Origin: Gemmatimonadota bacterium
Lineage (GTDB): Bacteria; Latescibacterota; UBA2968; UBA8231
Length of the DNA: 44,667 nt
Assembly: GCA_038153405.1 (NCBI GenBank)
Contig: JAYOYH010000039.1
Span: 1 to 44,667 of the forward strand
Reading direction: 5' to 3'
Shown here: piece after piece, positions 17,508 through 27,539 of the stretch
How the letters are laid out: each line of letters starts with the position of its first letter
Position numbering within the stretch: position 1 is the first letter of the stretch
The notes under the pieces: generated by a model
What the model was told of the DNA's origin: nothing
The model's database searches: none
The model's input: the letters and a program-made list of their open reading frames with translations, nothing else
Position numbers and translations under genes: made by a program

Positions 17508-18523
17508 ACAGTGCCATTGTAGTGACGCCGGGGTTTGACGGCGTGTGGCCCTTTGCCGGAGATCATTTCTGCGCGCTGTGGAATGGGCAAGGCGCGGTGC
17601 AGTTTGTGCGCATGGCACCCGACGATGAGCGCCCTGTTGGCGATGTCGTTGAAGACGCGGCATCCGTCGGGCGCTTGGCGTGCTTGGGCGCGCGCGCGAC
17701 GCGCGCATGCTTGGACAAGTTTAGCGCACTAGAAGAGGCGACGTTTCAGGGATCCTATGGCTCGCAGATCGACGAGTCCTGTGGGGCCTATTTGCAGCAG
17801 CGCGGCGTCGCCGTATACCAACATCCCTCCGAGGGCTTTTGGGGGCAGTCGGTTTCCGAATTTGGCTTGGCGCTGACGCTGTGCGGTCTGCGGCGTATTC
17901 CGCAGCTGCACCACGCCATTCTGACCGATCTCCAGCCATGGGACTACAATCCGCCGGGAGGGCGCGGTCTGCCGGGCGCGCGCGGCCACCAGTTTGGCGA
18001 CGATACCTCTTTTACTAGCGGCACGTTGAACAACAAGCGCGTGCGCATCGTCGGCGCGGGCAATATCGCCAGCCGCTATGCTAGCTTCGCTTCATTTATG
18101 GGCGCAGACGTGGCCGCCTGGGATCCATTTGCCAGCGAGCCCTGCTTCCATCGGGCCGGCGCACGGCGCGAGTACCATCTGGAAAAGTTGGTAGAGGACG
18201 CAGAGGTTTTTGTCCCGATGGTGCCGCTGACGGATTCTACGAAGAATTTGGTGCGCGCCGAACATATTGATGCACTGCCAACGGGCTGTTTGGTGGTCAT
18301 GGTGACGCGCGCAAAGATCTGCGATACAGAAGCCATTCGTCGGCGCGTGTTGGCCAACGAATTAAGCCTGGCCGCCGACGTGTGGGACGTGGAGCCGCTG
18401 CCGCTGGACGACCCACTGCTGGGTCGGCACAATGTAGTGCACACGCCGCACAACGCTGGTCGCACGATCGATGCGAACAGGGCGTGGGCAGAAAAACTCG
18501 TCGTCCAGTTTAGACCGCGCTGA
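17504..18523 (+). CDS. D-isomer-specific 2-hydroxyacid dehydrogenase family, NAD-binding
   Basis: SVSEF, IVGAGNIA, WDP, PLTDST, TRA, AADVWDVEP, TPHNAG. ATGA overlap with the upstream gene. Confidence 0.88.
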   Translation: MNSAIVVTPGFDGVWPFAGDHFCALWNGQGAVQFVRMAPDDERPVGDVVEDAASVGRLACLGARATRACLDKFSALEEATFQGSYGSQIDESCGAYLQQRGVAVYQHPSEGFWGQSVSEFGLALTLCGLRRIPQLHHAILTDLQPWDYNPPGGRGLPGARGHQFGDDTSFTSGTLNNKRVRIVGAGNIASRYASFASFMGADVAAWDPFASEPCFHRAGARREYHLEKLVEDAEVFVPMVPLTDSTKNLVRAEHIDALPTGCLVVMVTRAKICDTEAIRRRVLANELSLAADVWDVEPLPLDDPLLGRHNVVHTPHNAGRTIDANRAWAEKLVVQFRPR

Positions 18524-18567
18524 ACGTGCTCTGCGGGCAGTTAGATCCGATAGGAGCGCCGTTTTCG

Positions 18568-18596
18568 TTGCCCGTCTCGAGTACTGCCGTTATCTT
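18568..18596 (+). promoter_or_regulatory. Putative sigma70 promoter
   Basis: TTGCCC-N17-TATCTT upstream of the GAGGGAG RBS and ATG 18642. Confidence 0.45.
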
Positions 18597-18641
18597 CTCT
18601 ACGACTATTTTCACCAGCAATCAACGCGAGGGAGTTCCCCT

Positions 18642-20879
18642 ATGGCCGCCTCTATTGATACGGCACTTGCCGGACAGAAACGGCGCAACGAAAAGCTGTT
18701 AAAAGAAGCCCGTTACTTGGGACAGCGCGTGCGCTCGCAGGTGCTGCCACTGCAGGTTGATATCGCCAAGGACAAGGCGCTGAGCACGGCGCAGATCGAC
18801 GCGTTGGGGGGGCTGCAAATTGCCGCTGCGCACACGGCGATTCGCTCGTTGGGCTCGCTGGCCCAGATTGGTGAAGTCGACCATTTGGGCGGCGGATTGG
18901 AACTCATTCCCTCGCTGCTGCTGACGCTGGCGGTGACCGACTACGAAAACGTCGACTATACGATAGAACACGCCCACACCAGCGTCGGCTATTACGCATC
19001 TCTGGCAGCGCTGGGTTTCATACGAGAAGAGGCCGTCGTCGACGCGTTTCGCCGCAGCCTCGACATTCCCGGTCACGTGTCTTGGCTGCCGGGTGGCACC
19101 CAGCTCAACGGCGGCCGCCTCGGGGTGATGATTCCGGTTGCCGTCGGCCAGGCGCTGGGCAAGAAAGCCAAGCGCGGCAAGAGCGCATGGGTGGTGTGCC
19201 ACTGCGGCGATGCCGGCTATGTGTCGGGTCAGGCGCTCAATGGGTTTAACGGAGCCGATGTGCACGGCGCGCCGATTACGTTTGTGATGCACCGCAACGG
19301 CATCCAACTGTCGGGCAGCACGCAGAGCATCCTCGACAAAGACCCGCGGCCTATGGTCGCGGCGATGGGCATTGAGATCATCGAGGTAACGTCGCTGCAC
19401 GATATGGCTGCGCTCTACCGAGCCTACCGCAAGGCCTATGCGCTGGCGCAGCGCGGCCGGCCGAGCATGATCTATCCAACGGGCGAGGAGACCACCCTAG
19501 CCAAATTTGCCAAGGCCAACGGCATTGAAGCAGCCGTCCGTGCCTTTGCCGAGCAACAGGGTGTCGACACCGGTAAGAAGGTGTGGATTCCCGGTTCGTT
19601 GATGAGCTATGGCGACGTCGAGGCCATGCTCGAGTGCATCTTTTTGGTCAATAACTTGCCTGGCGGTAAAGGGCATCACGACGGCCATATGAAAGGGCGC
19701 GACGTAGAGGGTGTGCTGAAAAGCCCCATGCTCAAGCCCAGTGGTGCACAAAAACGCGCCCTATCGGCTCTGCAGCGCCGCGCCAAGCGCGCGGTCGTCA
19801 CTAATGCGCGTCCGGCACCGGGCAGCCGCAACTTGACGCTGTCGAAGGCGGCGCGCAAGGCCGTCAGCCTCAAGGGCATTGGCCAGAGCGACAGCGCGCG
19901 TTCCGGATCGGAGGCCGGCTATGCGCTGGTGGCCAAGCAGCATCCCGACAGCGTCTTTGTCGTCAGCTGCGACCTCGATCCTTCGACTAAGCTGGCCAAG
20001 GCGCGCTCGTTTTTGGCCGGCGACCACCAATTTGAAATGAGCATTGAAGAACAGGCGGCCACGCTGGTAACCAACGGGTTGGCGATGAGCGGCCCCGAAC
20101 CACAGCTCAACGTGGTATCTACCTTTGCCGCCTTTTTTGAGGGCATCGCGCGCGAGGGCTTTGACCTGTGGCGCTACCAGCGCAACCTCAACGGCGTCAA
20201 CGAGGGGCTCAATGTGGCCTTTCACATTTCGCACGTGGGTGCTTGCACGGGACGAGACCATTTTTCAGGGTGGGGGCTCGACTGGATCAATGTCGGCCTA
20301 ACCTACCTGCCGTACGTGCATCGCTTTTACGCGCCGGCCGATGCGCGCGCCGCTTTTATTGCCACCTGCGACTTGGCCGCTCATTATGGGGGGCATATCA
20401 TCGGCATTCCGCGCGACAACCTGCCCATTCTCGCCAAGCAGGACGGATCGGGGCCGCTGTGGGAGACGACCGATGCTTGGGAAGACGTGACGGCCTATCG
20501 CCAGTATAAGGGGGCAAAAAAGGCGATTTTGGCCCTGGGCGCGCCGGCGTTTCTGGCCGGTGAAGCGGCGGAAAAATTGGGCAACGTCGACGTGCATATC
20601 GTCAATGGATTGCCTCTGTCAGCGGGTCGCTTAGAAAAGCTTGTGCGGCGCTACCCGGGCGGCGTAGTGACGATTGAAGACGGCTTTATCGGCACGGCGG
20701 AGACGGGCGTGCGCGGCTTTGCCGGTTTGGTCGCAGGTGTGGCTTCTAGCGCGAAGATCAAGGCGGCGCATTTGGGCGTCACCGACCCGCGCACCGCGCC
20801 TTCCGAGGGCCATATGGAGACCTGGGCCCACTTTGGCATGACGCGCGCGGCGCTGATGCAGGCCGTCAAGCGCGTGTGA
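18642..20879 (+). CDS. Divergent transketolase-family ThDP enzyme
   Basis: DHLGGGL, IPGHV, GRLG...AVGQALG, CGDAG...HRN (ThDP/Mg motif variant), SCDL..STK, MSIEEQ, STFAAF, SHVG...DH, VVTIED. Confidence 0.8.
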   Translation: MAASIDTALAGQKRRNEKLLKEARYLGQRVRSQVLPLQVDIAKDKALSTAQIDALGGLQIAAAHTAIRSLGSLAQIGEVDHLGGGLELIPSLLLTLAVTDYENVDYTIEHAHTSVGYYASLAALGFIREEAVVDAFRRSLDIPGHVSWLPGGTQLNGGRLGVMIPVAVGQALGKKAKRGKSAWVVCHCGDAGYVSGQALNGFNGADVHGAPITFVMHRNGIQLSGSTQSILDKDPRPMVAAMGIEIIEVTSLHDMAALYRAYRKAYALAQRGRPSMIYPTGEETTLAKFAKANGIEAAVRAFAEQQGVDTGKKVWIPGSLMSYGDVEAMLECIFLVNNLPGGKGHHDGHMKGRDVEGVLKSPMLKPSGAQKRALSALQRRAKRAVVTNARPAPGSRNLTLSKAARKAVSLKGIGQSDSARSGSEAGYALVAKQHPDSVFVVSCDLDPSTKLAKARSFLAGDHQFEMSIEEQAATLVTNGLAMSGPEPQLNVVSTFAAFFEGIAREGFDLWRYQRNLNGVNEGLNVAFHISHVGACTGRDHFSGWGLDWINVGLTYLPYVHRFYAPADARAAFIATCDLAAHYGGHIIGIPRDNLPILAKQDGSGPLWETTDAWEDVTAYRQYKGAKKAILALGAPAFLAGEAAEKLGNVDVHIVNGLPLSAGRLEKLVRRYPGGVVTIEDGFIGTAETGVRGFAGLVAGVASSAKIKAAHLGVTDPRTAPSEGHMETWAHFGMTRAALMQAVKRV

Positions 20880-20915
20880 TTGCGCATTTTCCAAAAATAT
20901 ATATAGGAGGTACGT

Positions 20916-21554
20916 ATGCTGCGTTTAGTGGTGCTGTCCTGCGCGCTGTTTATGGCGGTGGGGTGCGGTTCCGACGGCGGCGTGGAACTCAATGAGGAGG
21001 CGTTGATGGAACCGACTAGCGACGATATGAAAACCGAGGCGCCGGAGGAGTACGCGGTGACCTTTGAGACGACGGCGGGCAACTTTGTCGTGACCGTCCA
21101 TCGCGACTGGGCGCCGCGCGGCGCCGATCGCTTTTACAACTTGGTTGCCAATGGCTTTTACAACGAGCAGCGCTTTTTTCGCGTCGTGCCGGGATTTGTC
21201 GTGCAGTGGGGTATGAGCGGCGATCCGGAACTTACCAAGAAGTGGGCCAATGCGCAGTTTCTTGACGACCAGGTCAAAGAGAGCAATACGCGAGGACGCA
21301 TTACCTTTGCCGCGACATCGCGCCCCAATAGCCGCACGACGCAGGTGTTTATCAATCTGGGCAATAACGTAAACTTGGACGGCATGCGCTTTGCCCCGTT
21401 TGGCGAGGTGACAGAGGGCATGGACGTAGTTGATAAGATCAATGCCGAGTACGGAGAACAAGCTTCGCAGGGCTATATCGCCGAGCAGGGCAATGCCTAT
21501 CTGCAAGAAGCGTTTCCCAATATGGACTATATCAAATCCGTGCGCATTGACTGA
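20916..21554 (+). CDS. Cyclophilin-type peptidyl-prolyl cis-trans isomerase, probable lipoprotein
   Basis: Lipobox-like MAVG-C; WAPRGADRF, FFRVVPGFVVQWG, RTTQVFIN, FGEVTEGMDVV. Confidence 0.93.
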   Translation: MLRLVVLSCALFMAVGCGSDGGVELNEEALMEPTSDDMKTEAPEEYAVTFETTAGNFVVTVHRDWAPRGADRFYNLVANGFYNEQRFFRVVPGFVVQWGMSGDPELTKKWANAQFLDDQVKESNTRGRITFAATSRPNSRTTQVFINLGNNVNLDGMRFAPFGEVTEGMDVVDKINAEYGEQASQGYIAEQGNAYLQEAFPNMDYIKSVRID

Positions 21555-21572
21555 GTTCGAGCGGATGGGGAT

Positions 21573-22517
21573 ATGAGCGGATCCGCCATTCGCAACGATG
21601 CCATTGGCGTGCGCGCCGGCGCGCTGGCGCTGCTGATGGCCACGCTTTGGGGCGGAAATTCAGTGGCCATTAAAATCGGCTTGGCCGGCATGCCGCCGGC
21701 GGCCATGGCTGCGCTGCGCTTTGTATTGGGCGCCCTGACCGTTTGGGTCGGGGCGCTTTTTCTTGGCGTTTCCGTGTGCGTGCCGCGCGCGGTGTGGAAG
21801 GGCCTGGCTGGCTTGGGCTTGCTATTTGCCGTACAGATATGGCTGCTCAACGCAGGCACCCAGTATACGACGGCCGGTCGTTCGGGCGTGCTGATTAACG
21901 TATATCCCTTTTTCCTGACGCTGTTTTCCCACTTTTTTGTGCCCGGCGATCGCCTCACGTTCGCCAAGTCGATTGGTTTGGTGTTTTCGTTCTCCGGTGT
22001 ATTTCTGCTCTTTGGCGAATCCATTTCGCTGGCCGATACCCACTACCTGCTGGGCGATCTCATGGTGGCCATGAGCGGCATGCTGTTGGGTCTGCGCCAA
22101 GTCGTCATCAAGCGCTTAGTACAGGGCTTGCACCCATTTCAGGTGCTGTTCTGGCAGGCCGTGCTCAGCCTGCCGCTCTTTGCCCTGTGGAGTATTTTCG
22201 TCGAGGGCGATGCCCACTATGAGATGAGCACGGCGGTGTTGGGCGCCGTGCTCTACCAGGGATTCGTCGTAGCCGGGCTGTGCTTTATCCTGTTGGTCTT
22301 TCTCATCCGCCATCACAGCGCCAGTCGGTTGGGCGTATTCAGCTTTGCCACGCCCATTGTCGGCGTGCTGCTGAGCGCCTGGCTGCTGCAAGAGGATATC
22401 TCACCGGCCCTGTGGCTGAGCGTGCTGCTGGTCGCGCTGGGCATTGTCGTTGCCAATAGAGTCGAGCGCGCCGATGAGCAGCGCCGAGCGCGGAATGAAC
22501 GTCTGCAGCGCACATAG
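21573..22517 (+). CDS. DMT/EamA family transporter
   Basis: LWGGN.VAIK, PP...AALRF, ~10 TM helices, TPIVGV..S..LL.E. Confidence 0.9.
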   Translation: MSGSAIRNDAIGVRAGALALLMATLWGGNSVAIKIGLAGMPPAAMAALRFVLGALTVWVGALFLGVSVCVPRAVWKGLAGLGLLFAVQIWLLNAGTQYTTAGRSGVLINVYPFFLTLFSHFFVPGDRLTFAKSIGLVFSFSGVFLLFGESISLADTHYLLGDLMVAMSGMLLGLRQVVIKRLVQGLHPFQVLFWQAVLSLPLFALWSIFVEGDAHYEMSTAVLGAVLYQGFVVAGLCFILLVFLIRHHSASRLGVFSFATPIVGVLLSAWLLQEDISPALWLSVLLVALGIVVANRVERADEQRRARNERLQRT

Positions 22518-22558
22518 AAGTGGCCCTGTAATGGCAAACTGACGCGTGCACAGGCCTA

Positions 22559-22587
22559 TTGCTTTTGCGCGGACTCTCCGCTAGCTT
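22559..22587 (+). promoter_or_regulatory. Putative sigma70 promoter for ugd
   Basis: TTGCTT-N17-TAGCTT. Confidence 0.4.
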
Positions 22588-22625
22588 CTCTACGCCCTTG
22601 GAAACGCTGTATAAACGCAAACGGA

Positions 22626-24011
22626 GTGCATTACTTGATACGCGAATCGTTGAAAATTTGCTGTATTGGAGCCGGCTATGTAGGCGGTCCTACCATGGCG
22701 ATGATCGCCCATAAATGCCCGGACGTGGCGGTTAAGGTCGTCGACGTTAACGCCGAGCGCATTGCCGCCTGGGAGTCAGACGCACTGCCGATTTTTGAGC
22801 CGGGACTGGACGATATCGTGCGCGGCGTGCGTGGTCGCAACCTGTTTTTCTCTGCCGATGTAGACGCGGGCATACGCGAAGCCGATATCGTCTTTATCGC
22901 CGTCAACACGCCGACCAAGACCTACGGCATGGGCGCTGGGCGGGCGGCGGATCTGAAGTATATCGAAAGCTGTGCGCGTCGCATTGCCGACGTAGTTGAA
23001 GGCGACACTATTATCGTAGAAAAGTCGACGGTGCCAGTGCGCACGGCCGAGTCGGTCAAGACGATTATGGAAGCACGCCTTAGTCGCGGCAACGTGCAGG
23101 TGCTGTCCAATCCGGAGTTTCTGGCCGAGGGAACAGCGATGCGCGATTTGGAAAACCCCGATCGCGTGCTCATCGGCGGAGATCGCACGCCGGCTGGAGC
23201 GGACGCGGTAGAGACGCTGGCCAGCGTCTACGCGCAGTGGGTGCCGCGCGAGCGCATCATTACCACGAACCTGTGGTCTTCAGAGCTATCCAAACTGACG
23301 GCCAACGCCTTTTTGGCACAGCGTATTTCTTCGATCAATGCGATCTCTGCGCTCTGCGAGGCGACCGGTGCTGACGTCGATGAAATAGCGCGCGCCATTG
23401 GCCTCGACAGCCGCATCGGCCCGAAGTTTCTCAAGAGCTCTGTGGGTTTTGGCGGCTCCTGCTTTCAGAAGGATATCTTCAATCTAGTCTACCTGTGCGA
23501 GCATTTTGGTTTGCCGGAAGTGGCGTCCTACTGGGAACAGGTGGTCCATATGAACGATTACCAAAAACAGCGCTTTTCTAAGCGGATCATCGATGCGCTA
23601 TTCAATACGGTTGCTGGCAAGCGCATTGCGATCTTGGGCTTTGCTTTTAAAAAAGATACTAACGACACGCGCGAGTCGGCCTCCATTTACGTATGTCGTC
23701 ACCTGCTGAATGAACAGGCGCATTTAGCCATCTACGATCCGCAGGTGCCCGAAGAAGAAATTCGCGCCCAGCTGGCTTCTTCGCTAGAGGCTGGTGGTCA
23801 GATCGAAGTGTGTTCGGATCCACACGAGGCGATGCGCGGGGCGCATGCGGCGGCAGTGCTGACGGAGTGGGACGAGTTTGCCGAATTGGACTTCGGCGCC
23901 GTCTACGACGAAATGCTCAAGCCGGCCTTTGTGTTTGACGGACGCAATATCTTGGATCTGGACAAGCTGCGCGCCCTGGGATTTCAGGCACAGGCTATCG
24001 GCAAGAGCTAA
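22626..24011 (+). CDS. ugd: UDP-glucose 6-dehydrogenase
   Basis: [52 protein letters not shown] (catalytic Cys), [17 protein letters not shown]. Start may instead be TTG 22650. Confidence 0.96.
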   Translation: MHYLIRESLKICCIGAGYVGGPTMAMIAHKCPDVAVKVVDVNAERIAAWESDALPIFEPGLDDIVRGVRGRNLFFSADVDAGIREADIVFIAVNTPTKTYGMGAGRAADLKYIESCARRIADVVEGDTIIVEKSTVPVRTAESVKTIMEARLSRGNVQVLSNPEFLAEGTAMRDLENPDRVLIGGDRTPAGADAVETLASVYAQWVPRERIITTNLWSSELSKLTANAFLAQRISSINAISALCEATGADVDEIARAIGLDSRIGPKFLKSSVGFGGSCFQKDIFNLVYLCEHFGLPEVASYWEQVVHMNDYQKQRFSKRIIDALFNTVAGKRIAILGFAFKKDTNDTRESASIYVCRHLLNEQAHLAIYDPQVPEEEIRAQLASSLEAGGQIEVCSDPHEAMRGAHAAAVLTEWDEFAELDFGAVYDEMLKPAFVFDGRNILDLDKLRALGFQAQAIGKS

Positions 24012-24100
24012 AAATCTATCCGACGCAAAGCAATGCGCGTCGGAAAAGACGCGCGGGGCTATTTCAAGAGAGGTGACCGTTTTTTGTTGGGACCGAAGCA

Positions 24101-26434
24101 ATGATGCGATATGCCGCCGCTCTTTTCCTCATCCTAGCATCAGTAGTTCTACTAGCGTTGCAGGTTGTTACGCTTGCAAAGTTTATCGTCTGGCCCCCTA
24201 GCATAAGTTTTGCCTCGTTTGAGGCGTTTTCTCAGACCGTGGCAAGCGACATTCAATTTACAGTCTTTGATGTGGTATTGCTTTCGACGTTTCTCTTTTT
24301 GGTCGTGCTACTGCTCGCACTGGAATGGTGGCGCGGCGCGTTAACCGATTTAGTCGCTCACATTCTCCACGATGATAAAAGAGCATTGCTTTTTTTTATG
24401 CTCAGCTCTTTTGTTTTGCTGCGCTACTACCTAGCGCCGGGCAAACCCAACTGGGCAGCTGACGGATCAATACACATAGTACATGGCCTACTCACTGCAA
24501 AGGCGCTGGCGTTAGGAGAGTGGCCAATCTATACGTTTCAAATAGGCTCGGGGTCTCCCTACCTACTTTTTTACGGCTGTCTTTTTTTCTACGTAGTGGG
24601 CCTAGTCGATCTCTTCCTGCAGGACTTCTATTTCAGTTTTAAATCCCTATTGTTTTTCGCTCATTTTTTTTCTGGCGTGGGCATGTATCTGTGGCTGCGC
24701 ACCCTAGCGCGCTCGCGCGCGGCTGGTATCGTAGCGGGTTGGGTTTATATCATGGTGGTGTGGCACCCCCAGCAAATTCTCTACATGGGAGGTTATCCTC
24801 TATCCCTAGTCTACGCGCTATTGCCGTGGCCATTTTTCTTCTTCGAAGCCCTGCTTAGCGGGCGGTTGCGCGTCAGTGTAGCCGTTAGCATGGCGGCTTT
24901 GACGTTGGGTTTGTTAGGGTTAAATCATCCAGGTTATGCGTCCGTGGGCACGGCGTTGTTTGGCCTGTATTGCACAGTGCGTATTGCAAGCGGGAATGGG
25001 GGGGTAGTAAAAAGCGCGGCGCTGATGTTGGTTGGAGGGCTGGCTATTGGTTCTTATACAACACTTGGTTTGTTTCTGGAAAGTAGCCAGGCCACTTTAT
25101 TTGATGCATTGGGAAACGCGGATAATAACCCGACGTGGCGTCACCTACTCTATTGGTCCAATATCCGATATCGCCTTAGCGACCAACAGCTTCCACACTG
25201 GTATGGAGCGTATGTAGGTCTCTCAACAGTACTACTTGTCGTTATGGGTTTACTCCGCCGCCCGTCACGCATATGGGCTATTTGGGTTAATCTCGCCGTC
25301 TGCATCACGCTGGTATTCGGCCCTGACATATCGAATATTTTCCGCGCTCCGCTCGAACCGCATCGCCACCTTCTATTTGCAGTATTCTTCCTTTCTGCTG
25401 CTGCTGGATGGGGCAGTCGGGTGGCGTTTTGTTTGGCGCGGCGACGAAGTATCCTGACGCTAATTTGTATTGTTCTATTGGTGGACCTAGGCTCAACGAC
25501 ATTTCAGCACCCCTTCGCCTCGCATCAGACAACGGGCACGGGCTATCCCAGGTCCCTGTATGAGCCGATGAAGAGAGAAGCGGATACTTTTTTACAAGGA
25601 GAAATACCCAATTATCGAATCATGTGGGCAACAGGTGTCCTACATGGATTTTTGGCTTTGGGTGAGGCCTTGTTTTTTACGAGCACGCCCATCACGAGCA
25701 GCATACACGACCTGCCCGCTAGCCGCATGGTCGAGTCGGTGCGCGAACTGATTACGCATGAGGTCAATCAGTCTACCTATGACCAGTTCGAAAACGTGGC
25801 CCGCTACGAGCTGCTACTGAAGTGCATGTACTTGCTGAACGTACGCTATCTACTCTACACCAATGAAGGGGGGGATTCAACCGAACAGTTAGAGCTCATG
25901 CGGAGATCGCCCGTAGTCGTCTCCAATAACCTGAGCGCATTGGCACCCGACGAGCAGATGCAATTTCAAAACCAGTTTCTCTCGCCTTCTTCGTCCATTC
26001 ACACGCGGACTGCGCAATTGTCTGGATTAGTGAGTGCAATGGATATAGACATTGAGCGCGGAAGCAGCCGTCAAATCTTTGTGCTCGACGCAAAAGACGC
26101 CGCGCACCTTGCTGCGAACCCTCAGGTTAGCGTGCAAAAACACGTGGTCAGAAATGAAGCGGTAGAACTGCATATATCAATGTCTGACAGCGGTTTTGTG
26201 CGATTGAGCTATGCATATTTCCCGGGGCTCAGGGTCACAGTGAACGGGCGCGAAGTAAATCCCATCGTAACGCAGTTTAATTTCATGGCGCTTCCCATAG
26301 GAGCGGGCTCGCACACGATAAGCATAGAGCCGAGACTGTCTCGTTTGCGCACAATACTCTTGCTGTTGGGATGCCTAAGCGTGGCTTTGGGAATGCTCTG
26401 GATATATATGTCGAGGCCCTCAAGAACGCCGTAA
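24101..26434 (+). CDS. Polytopic membrane protein, GT-C / YfhO / PTPS-related-like
   Basis: More than 10 TM helices; D...H early loop, GSPYLLFY, SG.GMYL, LLVDL; C-terminal YfhO-like SYAYFPGLRVTVNG...FMALPIGAGSHTI followed by a terminal TM helix. Confidence 0.68.
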   Translation: MMRYAAALFLILASVVLLALQVVTLAKFIVWPPSISFASFEAFSQTVASDIQFTVFDVVLLSTFLFLVVLLLALEWWRGALTDLVAHILHDDKRALLFFMLSSFVLLRYYLAPGKPNWAADGSIHIVHGLLTAKALALGEWPIYTFQIGSGSPYLLFYGCLFFYVVGLVDLFLQDFYFSFKSLLFFAHFFSGVGMYLWLRTLARSRAAGIVAGWVYIMVVWHPQQILYMGGYPLSLVYALLPWPFFFFEALLSGRLRVSVAVSMAALTLGLLGLNHPGYASVGTALFGLYCTVRIASGNGGVVKSAALMLVGGLAIGSYTTLGLFLESSQATLFDALGNADNNPTWRHLLYWSNIRYRLSDQQLPHWYGAYVGLSTVLLVVMGLLRRPSRIWAIWVNLAVCITLVFGPDISNIFRAPLEPHRHLLFAVFFLSAAAGWGSRVAFCLARRRSILTLICIVLLVDLGSTTFQHPFASHQTTGTGYPRSLYEPMKREADTFLQGEIPNYRIMWATGVLHGFLALGEALFFTSTPITSSIHDLPASRMVESVRELITHEVNQSTYDQFENVARYELLLKCMYLLNVRYLLYTNEGGDSTEQLELMRRSPVVVSNNLSALAPDEQMQFQNQFLSPSSSIHTRTAQLSGLVSAMDIDIERGSSRQIFVLDAKDAAHLAANPQVSVQKHVVRNEAVELHISMSDSGFVRLSYAYFPGLRVTVNGREVNPIVTQFNFMALPIGAGSHTISIEPRLSRLRTILLLLGCLSVALGMLWIYMSRPSRTP

Positions 26435-26458
26435 AAGCGCTGCGCGAAGGAAAGATGT

Positions 26459-27442
26459 TTATAACGGCTCTACCTCAATATCGCCAAACGATGCGTTGAC
26501 ATGATGCGCCAATAGCGCTACGCCCCCATGGGGGCGTCCGCGTTCGTCCTTCTGTTCGACGAGCCAATCCCACGCTCTCGGCTCGTCCTCGTTGGCTGGC
26601 CAAACGGCGCAGCAGTATGTGCTTGCGCTCGGCCCGACGCGTTTACAGGCTGCTTTGAACACGTAGGTCTTTCCCTCCGTTACAGGACACTCGCCGAAGT
26701 TTCTGCGCTCGTCGCTGTCGCCGCGATAGAACTGCTTTTGCGGCGGCATGTCGGGCCCGTCTTTCCAGCGCAGCCAGGCGATGGCGCCAAAGGGCAGGTA
26801 TTCCCACTTGGGTTGAGCGGTCGATCCATCGCTGCGGTTGTCCACAGCGTGACCGGCAAAGCGCATGACGAGGCCCAGTCCGTTGTCGCCGCTGTGGGGT
26901 CCGAGCAGCGGATCGACGGCGTGTATGGTGACGGGCACGGTGATTTGGTAGTCGCTCCAGGCGTCGCTGCCGAGCAGAAAAATGCGGTCGTAGCCGGTGT
27001 GCTGCGTGCGCAGGCCACGCGGGCCGACGGCCCAGTGGCCGTCGACATACTGGCCGACGTCCTGTGGGTTTTGGGTGGCAGACCAGCGAATGGCGCAGGG
27101 CAATCGACCAGATCCTGTGCATTTTTCTACGACGGCGCGGGCCGTGGCTTCTTCGCCGCTGCCGTCTGTAGCCACGACTTCAACGTGGTTGTCGCCGTCG
27201 CGCAGCTGCGCGATGGGAATGTCTGCATTGAAGTGGCCGCTGCGCGCCAAGCGGCGCCCGTCGCCAAAGCCGTTGGGCGCGCGGCCCAGGCCCAGCGCAA
27301 TGGCCTTCCCTCCGTTGATTCGATAGCACAGGCTATCGATCGCGCTGTGGTCTTCTATATGGCCCATTAGATTGAAATCTGCTTGGGCGTTGCCCAGATG
27401 TCCGACGCGCTGGCGCGCGCCGTGCCATATCTCTATCCGCAT
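26459..27442 (-). CDS. Hypothetical protein (Ig-like N-terminus plus ConA/lectin-like beta-sandwich)
   Basis: GAGG RBS before ATG 27442; RRLA..GHFNADI, G.N.VEVVATD, VDGHW, GYDR, WSDY, ASFGDIEV pattern. Fold assignment is by eye. Confidence 0.65.
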   Translation of the reverse strand: MRIEIWHGARQRVGHLGNAQADFNLMGHIEDHSAIDSLCYRINGGKAIALGLGRAPNGFGDGRRLARSGHFNADIPIAQLRDGDNHVEVVATDGSGEEATARAVVEKCTGSGRLPCAIRWSATQNPQDVGQYVDGHWAVGPRGLRTQHTGYDRIFLLGSDAWSDYQITVPVTIHAVDPLLGPHSGDNGLGLVMRFAGHAVDNRSDGSTAQPKWEYLPFGAIAWLRWKDGPDMPPQKQFYRGDSDERRNFGECPVTEGKTYVFKAACKRVGPSASTYCCAVWPANEDEPRAWDWLVEQKDERGRPHGGVALLAHHVNASFGDIEVEPL

Positions 27443-27539
27443 GCTATTTCCTCGCTTGACGGGTAGTCGTTTTTTTAGATAGTCTAAGCGCATCTGGGTG
27501 GCGATGCTATAGAACGCTTGAATAATGGAGGATGGATCG

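Noticed and set aside
26528..27370. 280-aa + strand ORF (similarly the 291-aa ORF at 34156-35031)
   Set aside because: Antisense or alternative-frame shadows of better-supported genes, with no motifs of their own.
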